A stretch of DNA of 64,000 nucleotides, taken from assembly GCA_009103225.1 (NCBI GenBank), contig RHPI01003491.1, positions 162,450 to 226,449 on the forward strand, written 5' to 3'. The translations under genes were made by a program, and so were the position numbers. Under the pieces are notes generated by a model. That model saw only the letters and a program-made list of their open reading frames with translations, did no database searches and was not told where the DNA came from. Of the stretch, positions 1 through 12,302 are shown piece after piece (the stretch's first letter is position 1; every line of letters starts with the position of its first letter). Source of the stretch: Chlorokybus atmophyticus. Lineage: Eukaryota > Plantae > Mesostigma and Chlorokybus algae.

Positions 1-1497
1 GGATATGGGTTCCCGTTGAATGGCGTGCGTTGTGCGATGAGACGTGTACCTCTCTCACCCAACATAACTGACCAATGGCCTTGGCAGTCATTGCTTCAAA
101 CATTGAGCTGCCATGTGCGCTGCTGCTTGTACCACAATGTCATTACCATTAGCTCCATGATTACATTTCCATACCCATGCAGCTGCAACGATGAGGTGAG
201 TTTCAGGTTGAGACGGCCATACGCATGACGTGCACCACTGTATCTGCATGCCTATCTGTGAGTTTACAGCACAGCCTTCACAGTGGTCCTTGTGAAGGGG
301 AACGGTTTGTGCCATTTGCGCCCACACCATGGCGGCTGGCAGGATGAGTGGGATTGCATATGCATGACGACCATGCTATGGAGCTCATCGCTTACAACGG
401 TAGGAGCACAGAGCCGCCGTATGTTGTGTATGTCGTGCAGTTGTCATGGCACCCAATCCGTCGACAATACCTTTTCTTGAATTGTTGTTGCTTGTCATGT
501 ATGCTGCAGACTGGACTCATTTCTGTGTTTATGGCCGCAGAAGCGTCTCATGCAGCGGCATCACTTTCGGTGATCGCCCTGGCTATGCAGCAGTTACGGT
601 GCTTTGCTCGTGGCGATATCTACTGGCGGGATCATCTGCTTGCATGGTCTGCGGTTTGCTAGCACAGTCAATCCTCTTGCATTCGTCTTCGACAACCAAT
701 GTCAGCTGCTGCACCCTTGCCATGCCGCTAACATACTTGCAGTGTACAAAAGGGGTGTGCTACTATGTGCATAAAGTATGCAAGGAGGGGATGTACAAAC
801 AATGTGCACGGGATATGCATATGCACAGCGACAACCACCACCATCATAGGCTTATGCCACAAGCATTGATACTGTCACACGCTTCACCACCGGGCTACTA
901 CTCAATTTTGCTTAAGTCACTGCCTGCACAGTGTGTGTCATTGTGTATCATAGGTATATGCGGTTATGTGACTGTCTGGTGTTAGTGGTTGTGTTGCAGC
1001 TGGTTGTGTCATGTTCTTGCTCCTGTCCTTACATGTGCAATGGAGACCGTGACTGGTTGCGCAACAAGACAGAAAGACTGCAATTGCCACTTGCACTGCG
1101 GCTGCTGTCTAGACTCAACCCTGTCAGACATCCCAAGTGCTGAGGAATTGACATGATGGCATGGATAATGTGATATGTCTGAACAATCAACAGCGCAAGT
1201 TGCCACCATACCGTTCTTACTTGCCCTTTTGGTTTTGCAGTGCTTCCTTCCTGCCATACTGTACGCGATACCACTAGTACTACAGGGTATGATGGCCCCA
1301 AGGGTGCACAGTATAATAGGGCTTATGTGCTTGCAGGCTTGGCATTGGCATGGCAACTGCAAGTAGCTGCACATCAAATAAACTGCACAATTGACACCGA
1401 CGCTTAGTACAAACATTTACAGATTGCTTACACTGCCCGCAGCCAGGCTAACAGTCAACTCTAATGACACCACCACCAAACACACGCTTTCCCTCTG

Positions 1498-3403
1498 CTA
1501 CCATGTACCAGGATTGCCTGATGATGGGTTTTCAAACGCCTGTAGCCATTCACACATATCAATTGCTGCAAGTAACCTCCTAGCAATTCACCAGTACAGC
1601 TCCATGCAGGGCAACATGTGACAGTACCTTGAAGCTCCAATCCGTTTGAATTGCAAACGGCTCTGAGATCTTGACGCCCTGCGCCGTAACTTTGGCGATT
1701 TGAATCTGCAGACATAGACGGTTAACACTGCAGGGTCCAGTCATTGCCTCATCAATGACGTCAATGACTTGCAGCTGAGGGCAGAACTTATCAGACCAAA
1801 ATAGCGTACAGCTACTAACACTTGCAAAGCAAAAGACCGCTGTGCAGTTAGTAAGCACTCACCTTGTTGATGGTCTGCTTGTCTCTGTAGTACAGCACTC
1901 TCATGCACTTTTCTAGCAACGCCCTGGCCTCAACCTGCGATAGATGCACTTATTAGTGCTTGGCTGCTTGCGGCAACACTACTTGCAAGGGTTTCATCAA
2001 TACCAGAAGTGACAACCACCTCATCCAAGTCATCCCGATGCTCCGCGCGGAAGATGGGTCGGGCTAGATGGTTGCCAAAACCAGTGGCCGCATGCGCATC
2101 AACGTAATGAAGGCCGATCATGTTGACCATGCCCAAGAAGCTGCACAGTTGTAACATCATCACAACATGGTAGTGCGATTCCTGCAAAATGCACAAGACT
2201 GCCCAACTAAACCCCTCAATGCTTGACAGAGCACGCATCATGCAGTACCTTTCACCATCTTCGACACCACCAATGATGAGGTTGTTCCATAGGGGGTTGA
2301 ACTTGTTTCTCCTGTTGCGACGAACATGTTGAAGTGTTCAAGTAGCCAAAACGTGCGGAATATTCGAGTGCAACAACTTGTACATCAGGTTGCTTGTGTA
2401 TAAAACCCACCTATTGTACAATACGCGGCTGAGGTAGTTGTATACCTCCTTTGGACTCAGCGTAATGTTGTCGTCATAGGCAAAATCGCGCGTGCTGCAC
2501 ATATGTTAATGCGGGTTACAAACACAATCGGTGTCGATGTTGAAACAACAAAAAGCCTCTCTGTATTATGCATTGCGCTTACTTCAGCTCATCCAGCAGC
2601 GTCAAGATGTAGTCGAAATCGCTGTATTCTCCACTGTAGCCGATCACCGTGTGTGCGCCAATCTGACGCAGCCTCTGCACCGACTTGTACCGCTTGGTCG
2701 ACCCATATGAAGCTGGTGGCACGAATGGTATCAGTAAACACAACAACTGAGCACTCCACAAACAGGATTTCTTCAAACAGACCGTGCATGCAGTGCTTCG
2801 CATGTGCACAAGCAACATGGCCAATCAGTTCATGCACCTAGAGTGTCTGAGGCCAGCATGACGCCATCTCTGTACTTGATTCCCAGCACGGATGTGCCGG
2901 TGACATAAGGCGTCCTGCGCACAAGCGTAACTTAAATCTGCTCAACGTTATAGTATTTCAGCGTTCATCGGACTCGAGTCGTTGGGCAAGTATGCTTCAA
3001 CAGCGAGACTGCCTGCGCAATTGAGCTGCATACAGCATGCAGCCGTGATCAACTTGATGCACGCACAGACATGAATGTATAGTATAGACAGGGAGGGCAG
3101 GTTGTCTTTGACACAATAGTCAACACGACGCCACGTGTATTGCAGCTTGCTTAATCAAGTGGTGCAGTCACTGCATGAAACCCATCTCACAGCATAACAT
3201 AGGCCAACCCTGCCCATGCGCGTTAATGCTTGGAGCAATGTGGTCCGCAAATTTAATAGTACAACACAACTTACAGCCCCGACGCCTTGCAATTGCATGT
3301 TCAATCAGCTCATTAGCAGGAGCAAAAGAGCTACTTACGTGGTAGCCGTCAACGGGCCGTCCAGCGGAACAGTTACAAGCTTGCTTGTTTGCGTTGCAGC
3401 CAT
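1498..3403 (-). CDS. PBG1: 20S proteasome beta-7 subunit (PSMB4/PBG1), 8 exons
   Basis: Spliced reading: MAATQTSKLVTVPLDGPLTATT|TPYVTGTSVLGIKYRDGVMLASDTL|ASYGSTKRYKSVQRL...|...RRNKFNPLWNNLIIGG...|FLGMVNMIGLHYVDAHAATGFGNHLARPIFR...|...EKCMRVLYYRDKQTINK|IQIAKVTAQGVKISEPF...WSFK|AFENPSSGNPGTW*. ATG at 3403, stop at 1498-1500, all seven introns GT-AG. Matches the known plant beta-7 motifs PYVTGTSV and ATGFGNHLARP. Confidence 0.96.
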
Positions 3404-4645
3404 GCCTCGCACAGCTGATGTCAGACACCTTCCCAGCAGCCCCAAACCCACAACCACAACGTCAACAACAACACTGCCGCCGCAGCCAAGCACAAGCTTC
3501 AAGCCTTAGCCCAGTGGCCTGAGCCCACAGCTATTGTTCAGGGTTTGTTTGGCACACAGTCTGCAAACTTTCCCGCACGCAGCTAGATTAACTGTGACAA
3601 AGGCATTTAGCCGCATTTACCTGAGACTGTTGGCGCGCGCTTGGTTCACTTGTGCGGTTTGTGTAACCAGTAAGGGGTTAGTGTTCTATTCTACAGGTAA
3701 CCAGACGGTAGTTAGGGCGTCAGTAAACCAAATTGGCAATAGGCCATGACACGTGGCAGTGCTGAGCATCTCGATTGGGTTTAAGGCGGCGGCAACTGCG
3801 GTGTCGTTGGCGTGGTGTCGTGCTGTTTGTGTATGAGAGTATATTAGTTTGCCTCTGAGAGCTGAAAACACCCTCCTTGGCTGCGCGAACCACTTCAGCG
3901 ACCCGTTGCTTGAGCAGTCAGCGACCACCTGCTGGTGCTGGTGAACTTGCCTGTGTAAGTCAGCTTAAGGATCAAAGGGCAGCAGTTGTCACGCATTCTT
4001 TTTCTGCACCCCTTCTTGTTGTTTACTCTGCTCCAATGGTTCAGCTAGGCTTTCCCCAGCGTTCGCTGCGTCAAGTTGGTCCTTGGTAGCAGCTGGCGAG
4101 ACTTGCAATCCTGCGACTTGCAGTGGCACAAGGTTGCTAATCAGGGTTTAGACTTGTTGGAAAAGTGAGACGTTACATACATTTCATTCAAGCCATCAGT
4201 TTTGTACTACTTGTTTGAAATGGAGCTGCTCACTGTTTTTATCGGTGTCGAGTTGCTAGTGCAGTGCGATTCGTTCTTGCGAAGCGACCTGCTCGCATAG
4301 CTACGCAATGTTATAGGCAGTTGTGTTGAATTTGAGGTTTTTGAGTCATGCACTGTGTGTCTTGGTCTTGCTGGGTTACATCTCTGACGAAGGCTGTCAC
4401 AGCATTGCAACGTGTAAAGCTGTCGTGTGCCTTTCAGTAATGTCAAAGTCGGTAGCGCTGCTTGTTATTTGATTACCATTACAGCTGCGTTTTGAGGCGT
4501 CTGTGCTATTGGTGCAGATTTGCGCCTTATCAACTTTCATGTTGAGCAATATGCTGAAACTTGTTGTTTGTCACGCATGCTGCAGGCACATCTGCTACTT
4601 ACTACCAGCTGCAAGCTTGGTAACTGGGCGTTGTGCACAGGCACC

Positions 4646-6201
4646 ATGGCTGATGAGTTAGCCAGCAAAGCCGACGGCTTTGCATCCAAAGCGGACAAGA
4701 AGCTCAAGTCTCTCGGCTGGTTCGGCAATAAGTATGAAGAAGCAGTGGAGTTGCTGGACAAAGCCGCAAACAACTACAAGCTTGCAAAAAAGTGTAAGTG
4801 TTGCGTTCTGTGTGATCGAGTAAAGCTTGTCTTGTTGGCTCGTGCGCTTACAGCCTGAGCTGGACTGAAGGCGCATGGCAAACATGAAGTAACCGGTTGA
4901 TTCTGTGTGTCATGCTTCAAAGTTGTTGACATGTTCTTGTTCTGTGCAGGGAGGGAAGCTGGCCAACAGTACGAGAAGCTTGTAGTGTGTCATCAAAAGG
5001 TTGGAGTCCACATCTGCATGTCGTCGCGTATGGCATGGAGTGTGGCTGTATGGCAGTTTGCGTTTGTACAACTACTTAGCAGCTAGCATCAATGGTGCCT
5101 GAGGCATTGCATTCCATGCAGCTGGACAGCAAGCATGAAGCAGCGTCAGCGTGGGTGGATGCAGCAAATGCGTACAAGAAAGTCAGCAATGATGAGGCTG
5201 TGCGATGCCTGAAATGTGCAGTGGATATCTTCACCGATATGGGGCGCTTGTCAATGGCAGCAAAGCATTACAAGGTACAACAGTTGCCCGGATGATGCCT
5301 GTGGTGTGCGTGTTTATGAAGTTGACCGCAGGCTTTATTGCATATGTATTGGTTGAGAGTGCATATTACGTTCCTGTCAGGAAATTGCAGAGCTGTATGA
5401 GAAGGACGAGCGATGGGAAGACTGCATTATCTATTACAGTCAGGCTGCGGACTTCTTTGGTGGTGAAGAAGTGAACAGCTCAAGCAATCAGTGCAAGCTG
5501 AAGGTCGCGCAGTACTCTGCACAGCTTGAGAACTACAAGAAGGCCATTGAACTGTATGAGGAGGTCGCGAAGAAGTCCATGGACAACAATTTGCTGCGAT
5601 ACAGTGTCAAGGGCTATTTGCTATGCGCTGGCATTTGCCACTTGGGGAAGGGCGACCTGAATGGGGCGTCCAACGCTCTTGATAAATATCAGGTGAGCAT
5701 GCCAGATTGCCAAACAGCACACCCACCTGTCTATGTGGGCTTTGTACACATACATCAGTGCATTGTAAATAGAAGCACTGAATGATGCGCGCATATTTGA
5801 AAATCACCTGTACACGACTGATGCTCTACTGCGCTCAAGGCATGCTCTTATATTCTGTTGACTTCCAAAGCCTGTATCCCAGCTGCCTGATTCTATCAAC
5901 CTGGCTGCAGGACTTGGACAGCACCTTCACCGGCTCGCGTGAATGCAAATTTCTCCAGGATCTTCTGGGTGCTTTGGAAGAGGGAGACGTGCAGAAGTTC
6001 TCCACAGTTGTCTACGAGTTTGACAACATGACCCGATTGGTAAACAAGCTGCTCACTTGCAATGCCCAACATGTCACCCTTGTTGCAAGCAGATCAGTGC
6101 ACTGAAGTTGCTCCATGCAGGATCCATGGAAGACTACGATGCTGCTGCGCATCAAGAAACAGATCAGTTCAAAGGAGACCGAGGAAGTAGACTTGACATA
6201 G
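4646..6201 (+). CDS. ASNAP: alpha-soluble NSF attachment protein (alpha-SNAP), 6 exons
   Basis: [50 protein letters not shown] ... [20 protein letters not shown] ... [20 protein letters not shown] ... [20 protein letters not shown] ... [13 protein letters not shown] ... [20 protein letters not shown] ... EEVDLT*. These are conserved alpha-SNAP motifs, with GT-AG introns in frame. Confidence 0.96.
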
Positions 6202-7683
6202 ATTGAGAGACAAGCGGCTCACCTTGTGTTGGCAACTAGCTGGCATTCCGGCCTGTTGGGACAACAGCGACCTCGTTTGGCAATTGCTTTGACTTGCACT
6301 GTAGCATTTCTCGCGGGTGTCTTCATATCTCGGTATGTTCATTCGGCAGCAGTGCGTTGCTGGCAATGGCCACGTGTCCATGTACCAATTCACATGTCAG
6401 CTTGTCTGAATACGCGCAGTCATATGCTGTGGCTGTTGCGTGAAATCATTGGTCATCAAGAGGTGTCGAATTTCCAGCACAGGATAATTAGTTCAGGCAA
6501 GCTGCCAAGCAATGTGGTGTGAATCCACAGGACACACTGTAAACTGAACGCTCTTATAACAGTGCAACAGGCGACTGGAACTGTTTGTGACTGGAACTAC
6601 ACAGCAAGTTGCAATTTGCAGGCCACCAACAAAGGGAAGCAGATGACGCAGAATGATGTGCAGTACGTGCAATCCCTTATTCATGCTACTTACAACTCAC
6701 TTGTGAGCAAAACACACTGGGAATGTATCCGTGTATAAAATCTGTCTTTGCCTATGCTCATGTATAGGCTTTCCGGTAACAAGGCAAGTGTCACACACAT
6801 GCATGTACGCTAGTTGTCGCCTGCGCTGGCACACTGTCCATACCTACTACTCCATGCTGGATCTCACGGCACTCTTACATGCAGGTAGCTGAGCCACTGC
6901 TGCTACAACTCCGTAACATCCTTGCTGGCCATCACACGCACATAGCAAGCACATAGGTCCAGGCCCGCATAGTTGTGCTAAGCTAGCTGTGCCTTTATTG
7001 CTTTGATGATGAATGCAATGCGGGTGTTGTGTGTTGTGTTATGCTGATGGCCCCATTGCTATACCATATGCAACAGTGGCAATTGATGTACAACAGCAGC
7101 AGTAACAAGCACGGCGTCGATAGCACCAGCTACAGTAGCAGAGTCGGCAGCATGTTACGGACGGACTGGGGCCCTACATACCCGCAAATTCAATGCGCCC
7201 ACTACCCAGTCGCAACTGCTGTCCAGCGTAACGTTGCGGACACCACATGGCGACGCAAGCACAAGCACCCTTTCTCTGGTATGATACGCATGTTAGTGTT
7301 AGTTTGTCATCAACCACCATCTCTTTTACTCGATTGTTTGCAAAGGATAAGTGCGAGACTGCTATAAGCATGCGCGCAACAGCCGCATGTAGAATACCAA
7401 TGCACAGAGACCAAAGGCTTGCTACTGCATGTCTGATGTCAACCCATCATCATACCAGTTTGAGACGCAAATCATTGTGTTAAACCTACTTTGCTAAACT
7501 ACACAAGCCTGACAACAGCTAGACATAGCCAGCCTGACATAGCCAGCCTTGGGCACTACCGCCACCATCAAACATCAAACATGCCTCCCAGCACCGCAAA
7601 CAACTGTACAGTAGTGTTGGCGCGCACATCGCGCAACACGTTGCGCAGCGGGCAACACTATTATTGAAGCTCATGAACAGCAC

Positions 7684-8988
7684 CTAAGCTGAAAACGACT
7701 TTCCGCAGCCGCAGCTGCTAGTGGCATTGGGATTCTGGAAAGCAAAACCACCCCCGATGAGTGCGTCGCTGTAGTCCAACTGCATTCCAAACAGGTACAA
7801 GAGGCTCTTGGGGTCGCACACTGCACACACCAGTCAATATACAGCTCAAAACAAGCGGTTGCCAATGACAAGCTGTGTAATGAATCGTCTACAATGCACA
7901 TGCATCTTACATCAGGAAACACCAACTGTACAATACACTTGTCTTAATCTTACACCCTTACCCATGCGGAAGCCACCTTCATGCTCAATGAGGGAATCAT
8001 CATCTCTTACATTTGCCGGGTCCTCAAAGTCCATGACCTGTATGTCACACTTGTGTCAACGAAAACAACAGTATAACAAAAAGCAGGCTACAGCAACCTG
8101 TGCGCCGCTTACGTATGACATGCCGGAGCAGCCGCCTTGCCGCACGCCCACTCGCAACAACAAATCGGAGCTCTTTCCATCCCTCAATCTCTTCAGATGG
8201 TTGAGAGCAGCATCCGAAAGCGTGATAGCAGGTTTTGGAGGAGTGTATGGTGCTGGGGAATAGGCAGCTAATTGTATAACTATGCATGCTAATGGCAAGC
8301 ATATTAGACAATAAAAAACTATAAAGGGAACAACATTGTGCAACAATCTGCTGAACAAACTTTCACCAAGTTGACCATGGTTACAATAAAACAGACGTTA
8401 AAAGCTGCAAGGCACACTCAGATTTCCAGAGCACGTGCAGCAAACGGAATTGTATAAGCGCTAGATAATTGCACGTACAATGCACAGAAGTAAGCAGCGA
8501 ATATGGCAATATCAATGCAACCATAACAGCTGCAGACAATGCGCTCGACTCCTCAGGGGCACAGCTTGCACCAGTGCTACAGTGCATGCTGCTAAATAGT
8601 TGACGCTGAGACATGATAGTGCTGCAAATCGGTGTTGGACACATTCACAAGTAAAAAAGAACTTCAGCAAATACCTGCGCCTGTCGCCGTGCAAGAAACA
8701 CGTGTCGAGCTGCGTCCAGAGCTGCGTGCAAGTGGACGGCTGTACACCAGATACAAGATGTAAGCAACATTGTGCAATGTCATTTTGTGGTTGCACTTCT
8801 ACCGCTGCCATAGCAAGCACGCAGGTGGCCGCGGCCATCGGAGTTGATCTCACAACATGCCCACAGTCATGACCTCAATCATGCACTTACGCAGATCTTT
8901 GACGACGGCTGAGCGTCAATGTTGCACCAGCTGATCGAGACGCCGGCGACACCACCGCTCCCGCCGCCGCCGCCGCCGCCGCCGCCAT
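7684..8988 (-). CDS. sufA: Plastid A-type Fe-S cluster carrier (cpIscA/SufA), 5 exons, with transit peptide
   Basis: Ala/Ser/Arg-rich N-terminus ([20 protein letters not shown]...RVSCTA), then [17 protein letters not shown]...[21 protein letters not shown]...[45 protein letters not shown]. The three Cys ligands (GGCSG and CGCG) are present. Confidence 0.94.
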
Positions 8989-9919
8989 TGTCTCTTGATG
9001 TGCACAGCTGGCACTGCCACCAAACCCTAAGTTGGCCGAGGCACAAATATCCTGCTAAGACCTGCCTGCCTCGAGATGACGTTAAGTTAACCCCGCGACG
9101 TGCGCACCTAGGTGTAGAGCCGGAACAGTAGCAGCTGGTCACTGTTAACTGACCGCAACCGGATATCCCTGACCTTACCGCGATAACTTATCTCCTCGTA
9201 GCTGCATGCAGGTAGGGTAAAGGTGCCTAACTTCGGAACATGCCCTAATTTCGGAAATGCTAGTTTTTGAGCTGCTGACGGCGCATCTCAATCCCGATCA
9301 ACGTGAAACTTACAGGCAATCAACTAAGTATCAATCGGGTTCTGATGAGCCAAAATTCAGTTGAAACGGCCAAGTATGGCGGCCAATTCAAATTTTCAAA
9401 GGGGGGGTTTGTAAGACCCTTTGGCCGTGTGCATGAACCCTAAACTTTGTCTGGTCATAAATTGGTCAATTCTTTATCAATTCGAATGAAACCTAGTGCA
9501 ATAGAGAGCTCTTACTGTGCTCTATTTATCTACCAAGTTTCATTGCATATGACGCGGTTATGCAAAAGTTACAATGTTGGGGGTGGGGGGGTGTTGCGTA
9601 GCGCATGGAGTGAGGTGGGGCAGATGTAGTATGTAGCCTAAAGCTTTGAAAACGAGGTTGGCGCCTTGTGTCAACGTGCTTAGGTGTTTGAAATGGGTAT
9701 ATAGTGTTCAGAATGCAACTTGGGAGCTGTTAGCGCTCTGGTTGGGTGTGAGTGCAGGTGAGTGCAGTCCGGACCAAGTTGCATGTGTGAGTGCTAGGAC
9801 AGGCCATTGGCAAGTGCGGGTGAGTGGCAAGCTTGTGGCAGTCAAGGAGGTGTTGATAAGATTGTGGGCAGCTCAAGCAAGTGTACAACTCATACATGGG
9901 GCTACAACTACTTCAATCT

Positions 9920-10290
9920 ATGCCAAGCACAAAGGGCACTAGGGTGGGTGATGTGTGCTTTCGCACCGCATCTGCATCCTTGTGGCTTGCTTCCACTCAG
10001 ACCACCCCTGTCTTACATGTGCTTGTGTGTGTGGGAGCAGGGCAGCAAGCGTGTGAGAGCCAAGACCCCCAAAAGACCTGGAGGCAGAGGGCAATACATG
10101 CGTCACCAAGATCACCTGCATGACATAAGCCGTGTGGTCAGTGCTGTCAAGTCTGGCTGCATGGCAGTTAGCACGGCACTGACGGAGCTGGACATCCCAT
10201 ACTCCACCCTGTGGGACTACTGCACACACCCCGAGAAGTTAGACAACTACAGGTAACCCACATAGTTAGTGTAGAGTGCAAAACCTGTGT

Positions 10291-10380
<90 letters not shown>

Positions 10381-12302
10381 GCTGACTTGGCTATGTGCAT
10401 GTAGGGGGGCAGGTGCACCAACACTGTTAACTTCTGAAGAGGAGGCTGATCTAGCTGAATTTGTGAATGCACGCAATCAAGTGGGACGAGCAATGACATG
10501 GACTGAAATCGTGCTGGAAGTGGGCAAACAATTGACTAAGGATCCTCGTGCAAACAACTGGAAGCATGGCGTACCTACCAAGAAGTGGTTTGATGCATTT
10601 GCAGCAAGGAACAAGCTATCCTCGCGCAAGGCAGAGCCACTGGACCGCTCCAGGAGGGTGGGACTCAGCCGGCCTGTTGTTGAACATTACTTCAACCTGT
10701 TGGAGCAAGTGGTGACTGAGTTGGGAGTTGGGCCCGCAAGGATCATCTCAGCAGATGAGATTGGGGTTGAACCGGACACTGCAATGCAAAACCAAAGAGT
10801 GATAGTGGCAAGGTAACACTCACCTTGCACCTATCACTCTTTGGTTTTGCATTGCAGTGTCCGGTTCAACCCCAATCTCATCTGCTGGAGTGTTATTGTT
10901 GCAACTACCAATGCATGCCCCTGTCAGTGCATGTGGGTCAACGTCATGTGGTTGTAGCAGCAAGTAGCAAAAGCATGCGCAGAGTGTGCTAATGCTTGTA
11001 TGTGTTGGCAGTGGATCGAAATGGGCACAAGCTGCAACCACTGGAAGCCGCGAACACATTACCTTGATGTGTGCCGTGACTGGTGCTGGGTATGCCCTTC
11101 CCCCCCTGGTCATTTTGAAGGGCAAAAGGCTCAATGACGACTACAGAGACTTCGGGAAGAAGGTGCCAGATGCCCGGTTCAAGGCTCAAGACAACGCGTG
11201 GATGACAACGGAAATCTTTCAAGAGTGGGTGAAGATGTTGGTGGACCACATCCCTGGCGGCGTGTCGCTTGACAAACCTGCACTGCTTGTCATAGATGGG
11301 CATGTTAGCCGCTACAACCCAGTCATGATTGAGTACGCCAAGGAGAAGGGTTTGCACATTCTGATACTTCCTCCTCACACCACACATAGGCTGCAAGTTC
11401 TTGATGTGGCATGCTTTCACCCCTTCAAAGAGAGCTACCGGAAGCAATACCAACAGAGGCAGAGGACACGCTTCAACTACCACCTGCACAGAAAGGAGTT
11501 TTTGAGCATGCTTGTGGAGCCATTCTTTGCAGGGCTGTCATCAACCAACATCATCAGCGGCTTTCGTGCTTGTGGCCTATGGCCAATTAACAAGCATGCA
11601 GTGGACAAGTACCTACCCCCTGTTCTGCCAGCTGGTCACTTGGGAGCCCTGCTGCAAGCCATTGATGTTGATGATGCCACAGCCCAGGCTGACGCCAACC
11701 CAGAGGTGGAGGTGGAAGACTGTGCCTTGCATACAGAAGCACCTAAGAAAAGGAGGGGGGTTACCACTGCACACCTCCTCACCAGCGACGAGCTGCACGC
11801 AATGCTGGTGGCTCAAGACGAAGAGAAGGAGCAGAAGAGACAGGCAAAGCTACGCAGGCAAGAAGAACAAGCAAACAAGAAGGAGGCAGCAGCAATGGCA
11901 GCAGCTCATAAGGCAACAGCAAGAGCAGCCAAGAAGGCTGCTAGTGAGAGGAAGAAGATGTTGGAACAAGCAGAGAAGGGTGAAAGACGTGCTGCAAGGG
12001 AGGACAAGCAAGCAGAGGCAGCAAGGCAGAAGGCGGAAGCAGAGGAGGCAACTCGCCTTGAGAAAGAGCAGAGGGACAAGACCAGGGATGAGGCGCTGGC
12101 TATCCTTTGCCGCTACGAATGGGATCCTGTGTTGTGTTGCAACCAGCAAGGAGATCCGTTCGGTGACGTAGCAGAGGACTACGCCAACACACGCTTCAGG
12201 CCCAACCCTAAAGCGCGAGCAGCAGGCGCACGCTGGCGAGCAAAGCAGCGAGCTGCAACACAGCAACCAGCGTCAGCGTCATGCATGCTGCAGCTTAGGT
12301 AG
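9920..12302 (+). CDS. DDE_1 transposase (psq-type HTH, CENP-B-type HTH, DD35D catalytic domain, charged coiled-coil tail); exons about 9920-9943, 10041-10252, 10405-10812, 11012-12302
   Basis: The exons join in frame: MPSTKGTR|GSKRVRAKTPKR...LDIPYSTLWDY...R|GAGAPTLLTSEEEADLAEFVN...PTKKWFDAFAARN...ISADEIG...VAS|GSKW...REHITLMCAVTGAG...LLVIDGHVSR...ILPPHTTHRLQVLDVACFHPFKE. There are 35 residues between the second and third Asp, and no stops or frameshifts. The first micro-exon is the least certain part. Confidence 0.9.
10286..10382. repeat. (GT)n(GA)n compound microsatellite in transposase intron 2
   Basis: Direct reading of 10286-10382. Confidence 0.97.
10749..10887. repeat. 66-bp inverted repeat (64/66 paired, 7-nt loop) spanning the exon 3/intron 3 boundary of the transposase
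   Basis: 10749-10814 is the reverse complement of 10822-10887 except for two adjacent mismatches. The loop is AACACTC. Confidence 0.97.

Noticed and set aside
7522-7549. 14-bp tandem duplication GACATAGCCAGCCT, and a 12-bp one near 41108
   Set aside because: Ordinary slippage duplications in 3' or intergenic DNA.
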